Notes under the pieces: model-generated
Seen by the model: the letters and a program-made list of their open reading frames with translations, nothing else
Told to the model about the DNA's origin: nothing
Databases searched by the model: none
Shown: piece after piece, positions 39,201-53,200 of the stretch
Layout: the number at the start of each line of letters is the position of its first letter
Numbering within the stretch: position 1 is the first letter of the stretch
Assembly: GCA_040954595.2 (NCBI GenBank)
Contig: CM082591.2
Span: 981,882-1,045,881, forward strand
Length of the DNA: 64,000 nucleotides
Reading direction: 5' to 3'
DNA from: Balanoglossus misakiensis
Taxonomy: Eukaryota > Animalia > Hemichordata
Position numbers and translations under genes: made by a program

Positions 39201-41481
39201 GATGACGGATCACTCTAGTCACTTCACAAACCAACAATTAATCTGTAAACAAAAACAACAACAAACGATCAATTTAATTCCCAGTTTTTTCCCCTCGTGT
39301 TAAAGGTATACAATCATGGTGAAATGATTCTAACGACACTTCCCTAATACATTTAGACCAAGCCTGTCAAATTCCATACAACCCTCTATAATGTACACTA
39401 TCAGCCCCCACCATTTGACCTTTGACCCTGGCTGTCTGAATAAGTTTTATTATAGCAACACCCACTTCAATATTCACTCACTTATCTCAATTTACAACTT
39501 AATGCTTCTACAGCAGTTTTTTTCACAAGAGCTCCACTGAAGGAGACCAGATAATAAGTTTTTGAGTGGAATTTTATCAAATTTGTGAGGTGGCATCCTG
39601 AAAATATATACAATGTAAATCAATGCAGAAAACTATAATTCTACAGACCATATTTCATGCCACAAACACAAAGACATATGGCTCAGGCTACCATAAAATT
39701 ACCAAGCACGCATTATATTAATAATGCAAAATTGGCATTTTTTGGTTCACCAAATCTGGATAAGATACCACAGCTTTAAAAGCCATGCACACAAATCAAA
39801 GTAAATTATGCAAATGCAATAAGCTGGCTTAAAAATTATTTAATAAGAGATGTTGTATGAGGGAAAACCAATTATATTCTTTTCATATGCAAATAACTCC
39901 ATACAGCAATTAATTAGAGAACTGAACGCTACTCCACTTGGTAGCACATCCTTTTTGACGTGGCCACCCCTTGAAATTTTTTTGATTGGCTAGGTCTTAA
40001 TTTACCATGGCAACTCTTAATAAATTTGCATAGGTGACTGTGCACCTTTAAGGTCATGTCCTGGACCAGGGGTTAATATTGGTGTCAGAGTTGGATATTA
40101 TGTCAACAATTACAAACCTTTTTCCAACAAAGTTTTAGCTAATGGTGAGAAGAAAATATATTTGCAAGTGTTGCCAGTGTTAGTTGAATGGTTGAATAGC
40201 CCTGTCTTCTGTCAAATCCGTTCTATTGTTTAAAGTTCAATGTCAAAAATGTCAGTCCCTATATGCCAAGTCAGTTTTATTCTTCAATGTCAAAATGCCC
40301 TTGAGGTAATTATTTATCTAATTAACCAAGACTTCATAATTTCTTTCCTTACTGTCACTTATTTGAGAAAACTTCAGCCAATAGTCTTCTAGATGAAACG
40401 CCCCGTGACAGTACAGCCAATCAACGAAAATACCAAAGCTTTGTATTGAAACAATAAATGTCCCAAGGACAATTAAACAACATAACCAAACGTAAACTAT
40501 TTAATACAAGTTCTTGTTTAGAAAGCCATTGGTCGTGCTTGGTATGCGGTTACTATACCGGTGAAAATTTATGGCCAGTTCGAAGGTTATGAGCAGAGGC
40601 AAGATTTACATGTGAAACCATGTTTGTAAAAGTGGGAGGTTTCTCTCGACTGAAGTGGCGGGGCTCGGCCTCCGACTGGTGGTGTGAATTTCGCCTTCAA
40701 ACGCGAGAATCGTCGCCGGCAAACCGATCTCTGTGCATCGATTTCAGTGAAATAGACACGGCGATGAATTACAAACGCGTCATAATCGTCGGTTCTCACT
40801 AGAAATGGCCCCATTTGAAAGAAACCGACATCTCGCCCATTGAAACATGTGTAGGAGTGTTCATGTACAATCGGAAGTGGGAAACGCCACTGCCCGAGTA
40901 ATAAATGGGGGCCCCGTTCCGAATTGGCCGGGCTGAAATGTTAGACAACACTGTAGTATACTCACGTGGGAGTTATTCGATTCCTTCTTGCCAACTGGAC
41001 GCACTTTCACTTCATATATTATTTTCCAAATATATCTTAAAATCAGGTACACCGAATCATAGGAAAATGTCCGCCATTAACAGGACACGATGGCGAGGAT
41101 CCACCTTATCACGTGACTTAATGACCTCGACAGAGGGCGCCATTCAATCCCAAATGGTGGACGTGACCACGACAAAATTCTTGGTGATGATTTAGTTTTG
41201 AAGCATTTCCCCCGAAAAAGAAAGAAACAAACTTTAAAATCAGTAAACTTATACAATTTTATTATGACTGACTCCATTATCAAGGTGATTCCATTGAGAC
41301 AAAACATACATACAATACAATAGTTACAAATTCAATTGTACAACAATACAAATGAATGCAGATAAATGTATACAAGTATTTTTACATAGGAATTTTAATA
41401 TGCAGCAATGTCAATCAGTGGAAATGACAAATACTTTTGTATAAAAAGTTAGCTAATTAATTTATTTGAGAGTCTTTACAA

Positions 41482-44396
41482 TTATTTGGAATTAATGCCC
41501 CAATCATACGGCAGGTAGGACAGGTCATAGTTCTTCCCGGCCAATAATTCTGCTAAGTCTGTCTTCTTTTTACTGTCAGCCATGTGGTCGTATGCCCACT
41601 GCAAGACCTGAAAAACAAATTTCAACTAAACATAAACTTCAGTTTTACAAGAATGAAGGTATAATTTATAGACATTCTCATGGTTCACTTTCTGTGTTGT
41701 ACCATAAATTGTTACAAACCTAACACACCTCATGATTATTGGATCCAAAGTCAACACTGTACCATTTGAATATTTGACTTAGTTTAACTTTTCGTTTTGA
41801 CAGGTCGACTTGACAACCATCTTCGCTCTCAAGAAACGCTTGTCCAGCAAGCTGCAGTTGATTATCAATGTCCTAGAAGAGAAAAATATACCTATTTGAT
41901 TTCATTGTTGGCACACCAATACATTAAATGAACCCTTTCACCCCCAGTTCTCTCCATAGAGGTCCAACTTTACTATAGAAAACATTGATTACCGTACTTA
42001 CATCAGCTGAGTATGTTTTGATGGGTGGACAACTCTTAGCACCACAGACCAACGCAAAGTGTATCATGGGTTCCACTTTCTCCAGAGCAGCTTCTAGTCT
42101 TGGATCTTTCCCGCCAAATGGTTTGAACAGCATTCCCAGGCCTTTCCGGTTGGATCTCAAGACGCCATTCTCCATGTCTTGGAGAGAGTACACATGTCCT
42201 CCTATCACATAGCTGACAACATTGAAGAACTGAAAAAGAACATTTGATTGTAAGGTGTGCCGCTACAAATCCAAAATGGCTGCTGCTACATTTGTATTGC
42301 TACCAAAAGAGTGAACAAACCCTGCCCCACACATAATCTATCACATATTCAAAAAATGGCCGCCACTACCCACCTTGTATCTCTGCCACAGATTGCTCGG
42401 AGGACCAACTTGTACATTTGCATGGATGACCAATGCATTGTAAATATTAATAAAGAATGCAAGTTTCTCTTCTCTTGACAGATTCTTCACATCCAGTCTG
42501 ACCAGCTCAGCTGTGGTCTTCTTGTATAAACTGAATTTCTTGCTCTCTCCAATCCCCTTGTAATCAACACCCTGGGTGAAAAAAAGCATTCTTCAGTGAT
42601 TTTGATTTTGAAAATGTGTTTCTTTCCCCGGATAGTCCCCTTCCCATTAAACAACACAAGGAACAATTCTGCACAAAGTCAAATTTCCGAGATAAAACCA
42701 GTGTGAGGCTTACCTTGCCATCAGGAGAAAGAAAATCTGAATAAATGGAAAGGATGAGACGTCTCATATATTCACTCAGTTCTCCAGCTTTTGTGAGAAA
42801 GGATAAACATTATATCATGTTAGATTGTTTATAAATGCAGTTCTGGGAGTTCAGGGGTCAATACAAAGTAATTTCATTTTCTGGCCATAGATGGCGCTAG
42901 CACACTCTGACCAAGTCAGGGGGAGGGGAGGTGTGCTGAGTCATGTTGTATTGTGTAACTGATCAAAGATATCTGGTAGTGAATGAACAGATCACATATT
43001 CTTGTTAGACCGCCCAGATTCACGAGTGTGTGTCTAAACCAAACACTAAGAGGGTGGAGAAAATTATCCAGTTTGCAATAGACAGTGACATGTGTTTCTT
43101 AATCTTTGAGTATGGTGTTATGTAGGTAGATGCCTATGTTCATTATATAAAGGTTTCTATTATAGGTTTTACTTAGTGTAATTCTGTGGGACCAGATAGT
43201 GTAAGGGCATAAAGATTTCAACAGATTAACAATACCTGGTCTGGGTTCACATTCCGAGGATAATCCTGAATTCAAGGCATTGGATTTGTCATCTTCCATT
43301 AATCTGTAGTAAGTATCATCATCGCGGAATTCCATCACTGTGTCTTTCACATGGTGACCGAACCTTCGTTCTAACAATGCCTGTCCCATCTCAATTGCTC
43401 TGCTTCGATCTATCAACACAATTTGAAATGATGAAGTGAAATTCAATCATTTTTAGGAAATGGGGTGGAAGGGTTCGGTTTGTAACAAACACCCCTCTCC
43501 ATACTTTCATTGGTACTCACCGACTTGCTTTGTTTTCACGATCCAATCAACAAACTGTTTACCGATGAAAGATTTCTTGTGAACTTTTAACCCTGACCTA
43601 TGATCTTTGATCAGTCCACTGTCCTTCAGGTCCCTGACCAGTACAGCATATTCGTCCAACTCGCATGTGAAGTCCAGGTTTCCTAGAACAAGTTACCAGA
43701 TATTCATAATGCAGGAATTCAAATGCTTCTGAAAGTTTTAAGACAGTTCTCCTGGACAATTAAATTCATATGTTTAAGGTCTGTCTAATATGCTATAATA
43801 GAAGTTTAAAAGAGGGTCTTGGGTTTGAACTGATCACTACAGTACACCATATTCTATGGGATGGTTGGTGTACTATGGAGTACATATATTATCATGAATG
43901 CATCTCACCTATATCAGGGTTTTTCATTAGACTCGGATCAGGTGGCTGTGGTGCTGTGGCAGGCAGTTCATTATTCACGAGATCTGCGATTGCTGCATCC
44001 AGCTTTTCCTTGTCCTTGACCTGTTGGGAAAAATACATTACATTCCAACTTTCATTATTTGATACCAAATGCGTATCATAGATTCATAGCAGAAGATCCT
44101 GATTTGTCACGCAGTCGCAGAAACAAACGCAGGCGTCACTGACTCTAGTAACCATAGCAACTAACCAATTCTTGAAGTTCGCTATTTCCTCCAATATACT
44201 GAGCATTGAAAAATATTTGCGGAACTGTTCTGCTACCAGTCCGTGTCTGTACTTCTTCTCTGACGCTGGCTGGGTAGTTATCAACACTGACATCGACATA
44301 CGGCAGGTCTAGACTTTGAAGAGTTCCTTTGGCTCGCATGCAGTGAGGGCAACCGACAATGGAGTAGACGATGATTCGTCCCTTGATTTCCGGCAT
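41482..44396 (-). CDS. Glutaredoxin + DEP + DUF547 multidomain protein
   Basis: Grx domain (GCPHC, TVPQIFFN...IGG), DEP domain (IKDHR...KSFIGKQFVDWI...FRDDDTYYRL), DUF547 (EKLAFFINIYNALVIH, YSLQDMENGVLRSN, IHFALVCGAKSCPPI, SQIFKWY, YDWGINSK stop). Confidence 0.92.
41931..41990 (-). mobile_element. Partial copy (3' part, reverse orientation) of the TTAA MITE
   Basis: Reverse complement ...TGTTTTCTATAGTAAAGTTGGACCTCTATGGAGAGAACTGGGGGTGAAAGGGTT matches 24648-24702. Confidence 0.65.
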
Positions 44397-44399
44397 TTT

Positions 44400-45136
44400 G
44401 ATCTGTCAGATTATGCGACGGGTACTTCCCTGTGAGTGATACACACAATATGTTTAGGACTTGAACTTGGAAACCCTCGGCGTGACCTCTAAAACCCGAC
44501 CCGCACACGTGAAACTGACCAAGCCAATGTCAATGACAACATCAGCTGGCTTCCGGAAACAGCGCCATCAATCGACAGCACTGTTATACTACTAGAAATT
44601 GACAGATGAAGTTTTAGCCGAGTTTCTGTCTACAGTATACAATGTACGGTCTGTAGTCGAGCCAAACCAAGCGGACGATGATGTATAGTAGGCTTGATTG
44701 ACAAAAAAACTTACAAGATCCCTGGTTCTTACATTTACCGAACGGTGGACACGCCCCTTACCAAACACACACATACATACATACATACATACATACATAC
44801 ATACATAGATACAGACAGACTGACAGACAGACAAGCTTTGCAGACCACCAGTATTATTAGTAAAATCGCTTTCATTGACAGCGCCCTCGGCTAACAGCAA
44901 ACGACCCAACCAAGGGCAACTCAGAAATGGGCGTGGATACACTGCGTGTTTAAACGACTACAGAAGGCCATTATGTGACGGACAACGTTAGAATTGGTCA
45001 ACCACAGGACAGGTCACTGTAACAGAGGATTTTGAAATACAGAAAACAACTTGGATTATCACGACTTGGTCCGTGCGGCTAATTTATGTTAAAAGGAGTG
45101 GAGCTTCTGATGTAACTTGGACCGTGTTTTAAAACC
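44400..45136. promoter_or_regulatory. Putative bidirectional promoter region
   Basis: About 740 bp between divergent start codons. CpG-containing, with ETS-like CTTCCGGAA (~44550), YY1-like CGCCAT (~44563) and a (CATA)/(CAGA) microsatellite at ~44766-44832. Confidence 0.5.
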
Positions 45137-47191
45137 ATGTATCGGGTATTTCTGTGCGTTTACCTGGCAACAGCGTGTAACCTTGTGCAAGCAGCTAATA
45201 TACTTGATGCCAACAAGCTGAGCCAAAAGCTTACATCCATGGCTGATGATAGTCTGGGTGTCAGTTTTATGCAGGTATGAAATTTTTACATAGTCTCCTC
45301 ATTTACTGAATATACATGGGACACCAGCATCTGGTTACGCTGCCGTGTATGTATAAATGTCTTCAGTACATCACGACCCAATTTTTTATGAACGACTTGT
45401 GAAAGTGGAACACAGTCAAGTTATTCAAAGGGTGATCACTGAATTGTCAAATCGGCTGTAAACTTCAGCACTTATTGTTTATTCTGTACTGAATAGAAAT
45501 AAAAGACCTTCCCCATTCCTAGTTTACGACATCAGGACTGGTCTCTAGAATTATAACACACTGCTCTGCTCTGCTGGGGATTTCAACTCAAAGGTCTCCG
45601 CCATACAAGCTAAGGTCATCGGGACAATAACCGACCAGATCACTTTCTCGCATTCTGTATTGACCTGCGGCTTGACACGTAGTTAGACTACAAATCGACC
45701 TGGCTTCACGTGGAAGTAGAGTCCTCTAAAAGCTGGGAAGAAAGTTTTACAGGTCTTTAACATTGACAAAATTGTTCGACATGACTTGATGGTTTCAAAA
45801 CCAACGGAAGGTGTCAAGGACACGAAACTGAAGACTTTCTCTACGAACACTCAAACGTCGGAAATCTTGACATTTTTATCTGGTTACGTGTATTGATTTG
45901 TCACACTTTCCAACGTAGAGCGGAAAACTCCGTGACTTTCTAGGAAATTTCCACGGAGAGAATTTTTCAGGGGGTAGGGGGGGGGTAGGGGGCGCACAAC
46001 AATATGTCCCATAGTGTCAAAGGGTGAACTGTACATTCCATGTATTCAACTCCGACCCCATTCACTGTATAGGTGACTGGCCCGCTATAAGATTGAGACT
46101 AACTGAATAAAAATTTGAATATACCTTCCATAAATAGACGATTTATGTGTTGGTATGCCCCCGGCATGGCTACAGAAATGAAAGTGTGCGTGTCGCTGAC
46201 AACGTACATGAAACCCCGGGACAGCCAAGCATTACTTTTGTCACGTGAGGATATTCTTGTAAATCTGTTGATATCATCAGATGACTTTTAGAGAGATCGT
46301 TGTGTCTTTTCGACCAAGCTTGCGCGTAAATTAAAAGAAGTTGCCTCAAATGTGATAAAACTAACACGTCAAAATTCCAACACAGTTTCACAGACACTCA
46401 AAACACACACGGATTTCTTAGTCATCCTGTCGATACTTGAAACCTTTACATCCGAAATGAAAACATAGATACGTTCTTGTTAACAGATTTCATAACACTA
46501 TGAAATCCGATACGTTGCTTGATATTAATCATCTTTTTTTAGTTTAGCATTTCTGAGGCCTGGCTTTCGCTTACATTCTCACGAGGAAGAGCTCAACTTC
46601 CGCTCATATTTTTGCACTGCGACATACCCCCCCCCCATACCAAGTTTTTTCCTCAATTTCCTTGATGGTATAGTCAACGTTCTTTGCATATTCTTAAGTT
46701 CTTTTTCTTCCTTACCCAGCAACACTTCAACTCGTTAGTGTTCCAAAACATCGTCTTGGACGGAGAGAATCTTATTGAACAGGTAAACATTATTTTGTTT
46801 TTGTTTAGTCACTGGTAAAAAGAATCGCCACATCGCACGACGATTGCTTGTCAGATACTTGTTCAGAAATGGTTGTGACAGTTTCAGATCGCTAGGCTAA
46901 GACATGACGTCACGGGGTGGCAATGTAACTCTGTTAACAATATGGCTGACATTTTGAAGTGTTTTCTCTTCTCGTTCACTCAGTTACAAAGCTCCCTATC
47001 TGACCGATTATTGGAGAGCATCAACACAGTCACGAGATTGCACGACGCTGTGCAAGACTCGATTTTCTCATCCGGGTCCTCTTGGCAAGAGTGCTGTGAA
47101 CTGAATGATGATGCGCTGACCTATGCCAGCAGATTCCGAAAATATGTATGTAGAGTTTTTGCTCAATTGTTCGTGTTCACGATGATGATGG

Positions 47192-47275
<84 letters not shown>

Positions 47276-50200
47276 ATGTAAAGGGTTGTATTGCGATATC
47301 TTTATACCAAGAGTCTCAAATAATTCCCAACAGATCGACACAGACACAGCATGTGAACGAGTGTCTCCGTTGGCGAGCAGCACCACCAGGCGACTCACAA
47401 CCAGCGTGGTACAAGTAATGAAAGAAAATTACCAAAACAATCCCAGTATAAAATGGCAATACTTTGGAAGCGAAGAGGGCCTATTCACCATCTACCCTGC
47501 AAGCAAGAGAGCCGACTGTGGCGACTACGACAGTCGATACAGGTAAGCATCAAATCGATTCTCGCTACATTAAATAGGTTTATGCTACCTAGGTAAGTGA
47601 TAAAATTCTCATTAGGTCGACAGCATTTCAAGATGGCGGATTTCTGTAAATGGCAGTTCAGAAAGAAAACTAATGTTAAGTCATATTAAAATTACAAATG
47701 GAACGGCTTTGCTGATTGGTCACATAAGCAAGGGAACTCAGAATTTAAACGATTTTGACCATTTCAGGCCATGGTATGTTGAAACGGCAACTCCGGAACC
47801 CAAGAATGTAGTCATCGTGATCGACAAGAGCGGTTCGATGAGCATACAGCACGAGGGCAGATCGCTTATGGAAATTGCCAAAGAAGCAGCCAATACGGTG
47901 CTAGATACCATGAACCCAAACGACAAGGTAAATAGCCAATAGGGTGAGCGATACTATAAAAATCTGAGATGTAAGTGATCCAAAAGGAACGGTAATCAAG
48001 TTAAACACAAAGACAATTCCAGGTCCAAAATAATACTTGACAACACGTGTACTCTCAATGAATGTTATCGTCGAGTCTTGAGAGTGTTTCGCCAACAGCT
48101 GCAGTTGCCTTGTAGTCGGCTGAATATGTTTCAATCAATCATTTGTGGGTCGTAACACATGTCACTAGTACAGACTCTACATAACTCCTGTGTTCAACGC
48201 TCAATGCTGAGCTTGAATTGAATTGACAGTTAAAACTTTCCCTCCCTCTATCTCTATGAATCTATCTCTCCCCCCTCTCTAGGTGAACGTCGTCGGATTT
48301 TCGACTGACATCTCAAAACCTTCAGGAAGTCGCTGTGAAGACAATTGTTACGAAACTCAGCTAGCTCAGGCAACACCAAAAAACAAAGAGTGTCTGAAAA
48401 ATTTTGTCAATTCTATAAACGACGGTGGTAAGTCGTCAAAGCTCCTGACCACATCTTGGTGTGGATGCACAAATCTGGTAGCTCTGATCAAGCTTCTGCA
48501 AATAATTGCCGCAATTTGAGAGGACAATATTCCAAATAGTTGTTTCAGATTTCTAGTCACGGGTCATGGAAACAGTCTGCGTATCTTCCATGAAACATCC
48601 ATACCTCAGCGGTCACTGAGGTTACTGCAGTTATTTGAGAAGGAGACATTTTAGCAAGAATCAATATTGCGAAAATGTATTTGACAGACGATACGTTTGG
48701 AATGAATTTTGAAATTATTTCATCCTCTTCCACGGCGTTGGCATAGCGACACGTGGTGTAAAAATACCAAATCAGCATATCAGTTCTCTTTATTTGACAG
48801 GCGAAACCGAATACCAGAAGGCTCTGAATGCTGCATTCGATTTACTGCAAGCGTCCGAAGGCACGAATTCAACGCAAAGAGGTGGCTTACATATAATCCC
48901 TACATGTCCATGTATTCACTAGACAAAACAGAGGAATGCATTGATGCTGCAGACATATTTGTGATTGTTCATACATTTTCTGAAATTTCCCAACATTTTG
49001 TGATGTCATGAAGTTCTTGAACTTGCATACTCCTTGGCGAAAGTGAAAATGCCTTTGGCATCGCAGATGTGAATCCTGTTTCTATGTCAACTATTTGGAA
49101 CCATGTCGCCATTTCTCGATCATAAATCAATGTTTCGCTGCATGACAATATATGACAAATATATCTTGCTATTTTCAGAGCATGTCATTCTGTTTCTAAC
49201 TGACGGGAGGCCAACAGACGTAATCTCGGATATTCAGCCGGGCGAAGATATCGAAGAGAAACGCAGATATAATATTATGAATACAATCAGAACAAGAAAT
49301 GAAGAAATGGGAAATAAAATCATTATACTTACATTTGGACTTGGAAATCGTAAGTGAAATGTAATTTTACAGCATTATTTGTGTGAAAATTAGCGGTCAA
49401 TTTCGATTTTGGCAGGCAACTATATTTGCGAGCATTGTGGAGAGACCTCAGGAGGTTATCTGATTGGCTAAGTTCATTCTTTAAGCAGGTGTACAACAGG
49501 TGCATGCGTGGATTCTGTAACCATGGATACAGGCCTTGCAAGGCGATGCACAGTGCGTAATATTCGACCTGTCGATAGAGGGTGACGGTTTTTATACTTT
49601 TATTTCGCTAAGTGCGTGGAGATTTGGACAAAGATTTGCTCCAGGCAATGGCGTCTCAGGACGGCACAAGATATGGCGTTCCTGGCCCAACTGGGGATAT
49701 AAAAGTAAGAAACAGCTGTCACATATAAAGTCATATGTTAACAAACCAACATTAAATGGAAATTCTACAGAATGTGTCTCTCATATGACACAGTGTAGAT
49801 TACGAAGAGTCTGTGTAATGTGAAACTATTTCTCCTGTTCATTATTTGGTCGTTTGTTCTGTGTTTTCGACAAGACCTGCATGCAAAAACCGTTTCATTT
49901 TCTTTCTCTAGGCAGGACGATTTACTGAAGTTTCAAACCCCAGTAACCTGAGAGTTCAGATGGCATCTTATTATAACTTCTTTTCGAGTGAAGTGGTGTC
50001 AGACAGGCCGATTTTCTCAGTGCCTTATCAAGCGGCCTCTGGAATAGGTGAGTGCGATATTTATGACATTTATGACAGACAGGAACCGGAAACATTGACG
50101 AACAGACAGGAACCGGAAGCTGATAAATGACTGCATGATTGTTGACTGTAGTAAAACTTTCTACTCTCCACACTCGGTAACAAAACTCAAAATGGAACTG

Positions 50201-53200
50201 TCGCATTTGTTTGCCAGTGTACATGCCCAAGCGCTCATGAAAACAACAGCATATAAATAGTGATACAACACAGCACGTTCGACTCCAAATGTTACCATGG
50301 AGACAATAAAATACAACCACAAAGGCTGCAAGCATGACGTCATTTCTTTTACACAGGTTTACTGACAACAGCAGCTTTACCCATACGCGAAGGTGGGCAA
50401 CTGAAAGGCGTTGTGGGTGTTGACATCACATTACAAGACCTTTTGGCTGACGTCACGTACTTCCAGGAAGGCCAGTCAACATATTCGTTCATCTATGAAG
50501 TGGGCACTAAATCAACTGGTACGCCCTCTAATGTTGCTTGAAGTGAACAAACATCACACTTGTATTAGTTTGGCTTCATAAGGAGGTGCAAGTTTTTGTT
50601 CCAATGAGGAACTAAGTCGAATTACGCGCGACTGATCAAGATACGTATCAGCGAAACAATAGTTTTGAAACTTGATTTTTTTCTGACCTACCTAACCCCT
50701 CCCTTTAATACAAGTATGTCACGATCACACTTTTTTCTCTCGTGGCCCCAGGGGAAGTTAGATATCTATCGTGTGAGCAGCACATTTCCTTACAGAAATA
50801 AAAGCATCAGATATTCATTTCCTTTTGAACTGACACTCGACAGGACGAACTTTGACTCACCCGCTCATGCCTGCACCCAGCGCCATAGAAGACGACCCGG
50901 TTTTCGTGCACATTACGTCATTGGAAAGAGATGCGGACTTTGAAGAGAAAGTCTTCAGGGTTTCAGCTGGGTAAGTCACATGACTATGCGCCCATAGTTT
51001 GTGCTTGACGAGTTCGTTTACTCATACATCAGTGCATGTTTTGTCAACAGGGTCGGGTAGAAGACATAACAGTTGGCATTTTGGTCAACATTTAATATTG
51101 GAAACATATACAGCTATGTCGTTCGCATTGAAAAAAAATCCTTTTGTTAAAAGTAAGTGTCCGTTTCTTACAGCTCTGCTTCAAGTGGAGTGGAGACATT
51201 CCCTTCAACAAGAACTATTCCTCGTGGAAATTCTGCTACAGAGGGCGTGAACACACACCTGGTTCAATCAACATTTTACTGGCGAAAGGTTTGTAGAGAA
51301 GGGAAATAACCTAAACATATCTCTTACTTGTAATCTTGGATTTTGAAAGCATTCTAAGTATAGCTGGAACCCATAATCGTGGGGATCATGTTGGACATAG
51401 GTAAAAAGAATTATGCATAATTTATTTACTTGATTAATGTGATTATATGTATTTTCTTCACTGTACGATTTTTGCTATACAACCAGGTCATGGACACTCC
51501 GTACATCGTGTGTTTGGTCATGGAAGAAAACGGAAAACAAACTGTATTGAACCCACAATCCCCTACTGGTAAGTGCGCGTGCACACTCGACAGAGCCACG
51601 TTTTTTGTTTCAGTGTAAAATCAAACATCAATGCAAATGACCGATTTCTGAACACAAGTATTATAGAGCGATCATTTTCGATATAGTTGCCTAACACCTT
51701 ATATATTGTAGTTAACATACATAGCTTTTGGTAATTTTTATCGATAAAAAAACACATCGAAAAAAGGGTCAGAAAATAAAGCGGTCCCAGAAACGCCCGC
51801 AAAATGTGTATGCCCACAATCCACAGTTGAAAATTACAACGCCCGTGAGTGCTACAAGAAGCGATTCTGTGAAAGGACATGATAGAATTCAGATATTTTG
51901 GCTCTGTGACCCAGACATTGCCGTTGATTAATCTTCACTTCGTTTTTTTTTTTTTCATTTCAATTTTGAAGGAAACGATTTCCTGTATCATCGACTAGAC
52001 TTGGTCCCTCCACCTCGTCGTTGCAGACACTTCCAAAGAGTAGCTACAACAGGTACATTTACTGGCATTCCTTCAGAGAAGATTTTTTCTTCACGATCAT
52101 TTTAATCCCTTACTTACAAATGTTGATTTATACAAGCCATTCGTCTTATAAACATATCGACTACGATACATTTCTGTACATTCAAAATACTGTGTCTTCG
52201 GATGATTATTCGTAGCAAACATGCTCAGTTTCTGATATTAAAGATTTTAAAGTGGCTGAGATGTCTTTACAAGCAAGCTATGATGTTTCCAGACAAACCT
52301 CAACAACCTACTCATTTAAGAGTAACATTTCTCGTACATGTTTTTTTTTCAAAGAATCTTCTGTCGTAACGTTCAGCAAAGAGGCCTTCAAGGACCCTAT
52401 AGAATATATCTCAAGCGAGGAAACTGTCAATCGAGTCAACGCCTACACCAATTATATGAATGGCGAGACAGAAAGCGATTATTTCAAAGTGAGTAGGCTG
52501 AATATCTACAGATGTGTCTTTCACGTAGATCAATAGACCATTTTCCGAAACTCCAAGACACCCTGCGAGATCTCGCGTGACTAGGCAGTCACGGTTGATA
52601 TGAGAGGACATTCTCATGTGACACGTGGTCTAAGTGTTTAACACACAAAATAAACATTTTTTTTCAAATTCTGTATCTAATTTAGCTTGACATTTATACT
52701 TTGGCTACGGTAATTAACCAAGTCTCGCGAGACCCGACAATTAGAACCTTTTCCTCACGCAACCTCCTTCATGATATGTTTGTGTTTTAGCGTGGAGTGC
52801 GTGACATGGTGGTAGCCACGGCCAAGGCAGACGAGATATGGTCACAAAGTACCCAGTCATCATCAGACAGCACGTACCAGCACACCAGTTTTTACTACAT
52901 TGGTACCGAGAATGGTGTCTTCAGAGAATATCCGGGGGTCAGGCTTAATAAAAGTTATGATCACACCATCAGACCTTGGTACGTACATCATATTCTAGTA
53001 TCAGAAGAATTTCACAATGAAGCAATTCTTTGCATTTGGCCACTTGTGTGTACCAGTTAATAAGTTAAGATTTCCAACTGCTGATTACAATGGTTTAAAA
53101 TCTCAGAACCGAAACAAAATAGTTGTATGGGCTACATGCTACAATCAATGTTATCACGGATATCCTGTTGACGTCATAGGTACGAACGTGCCAAAAGTAA

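Noticed and set aside
46942-47418. Poly-Met/poly-Ser ORFs (also MYVC/YIHT at 53968-54512 and poly-M/S at 62182-62412)
   Set aside because: Translations of intronic or intergenic microsatellites.
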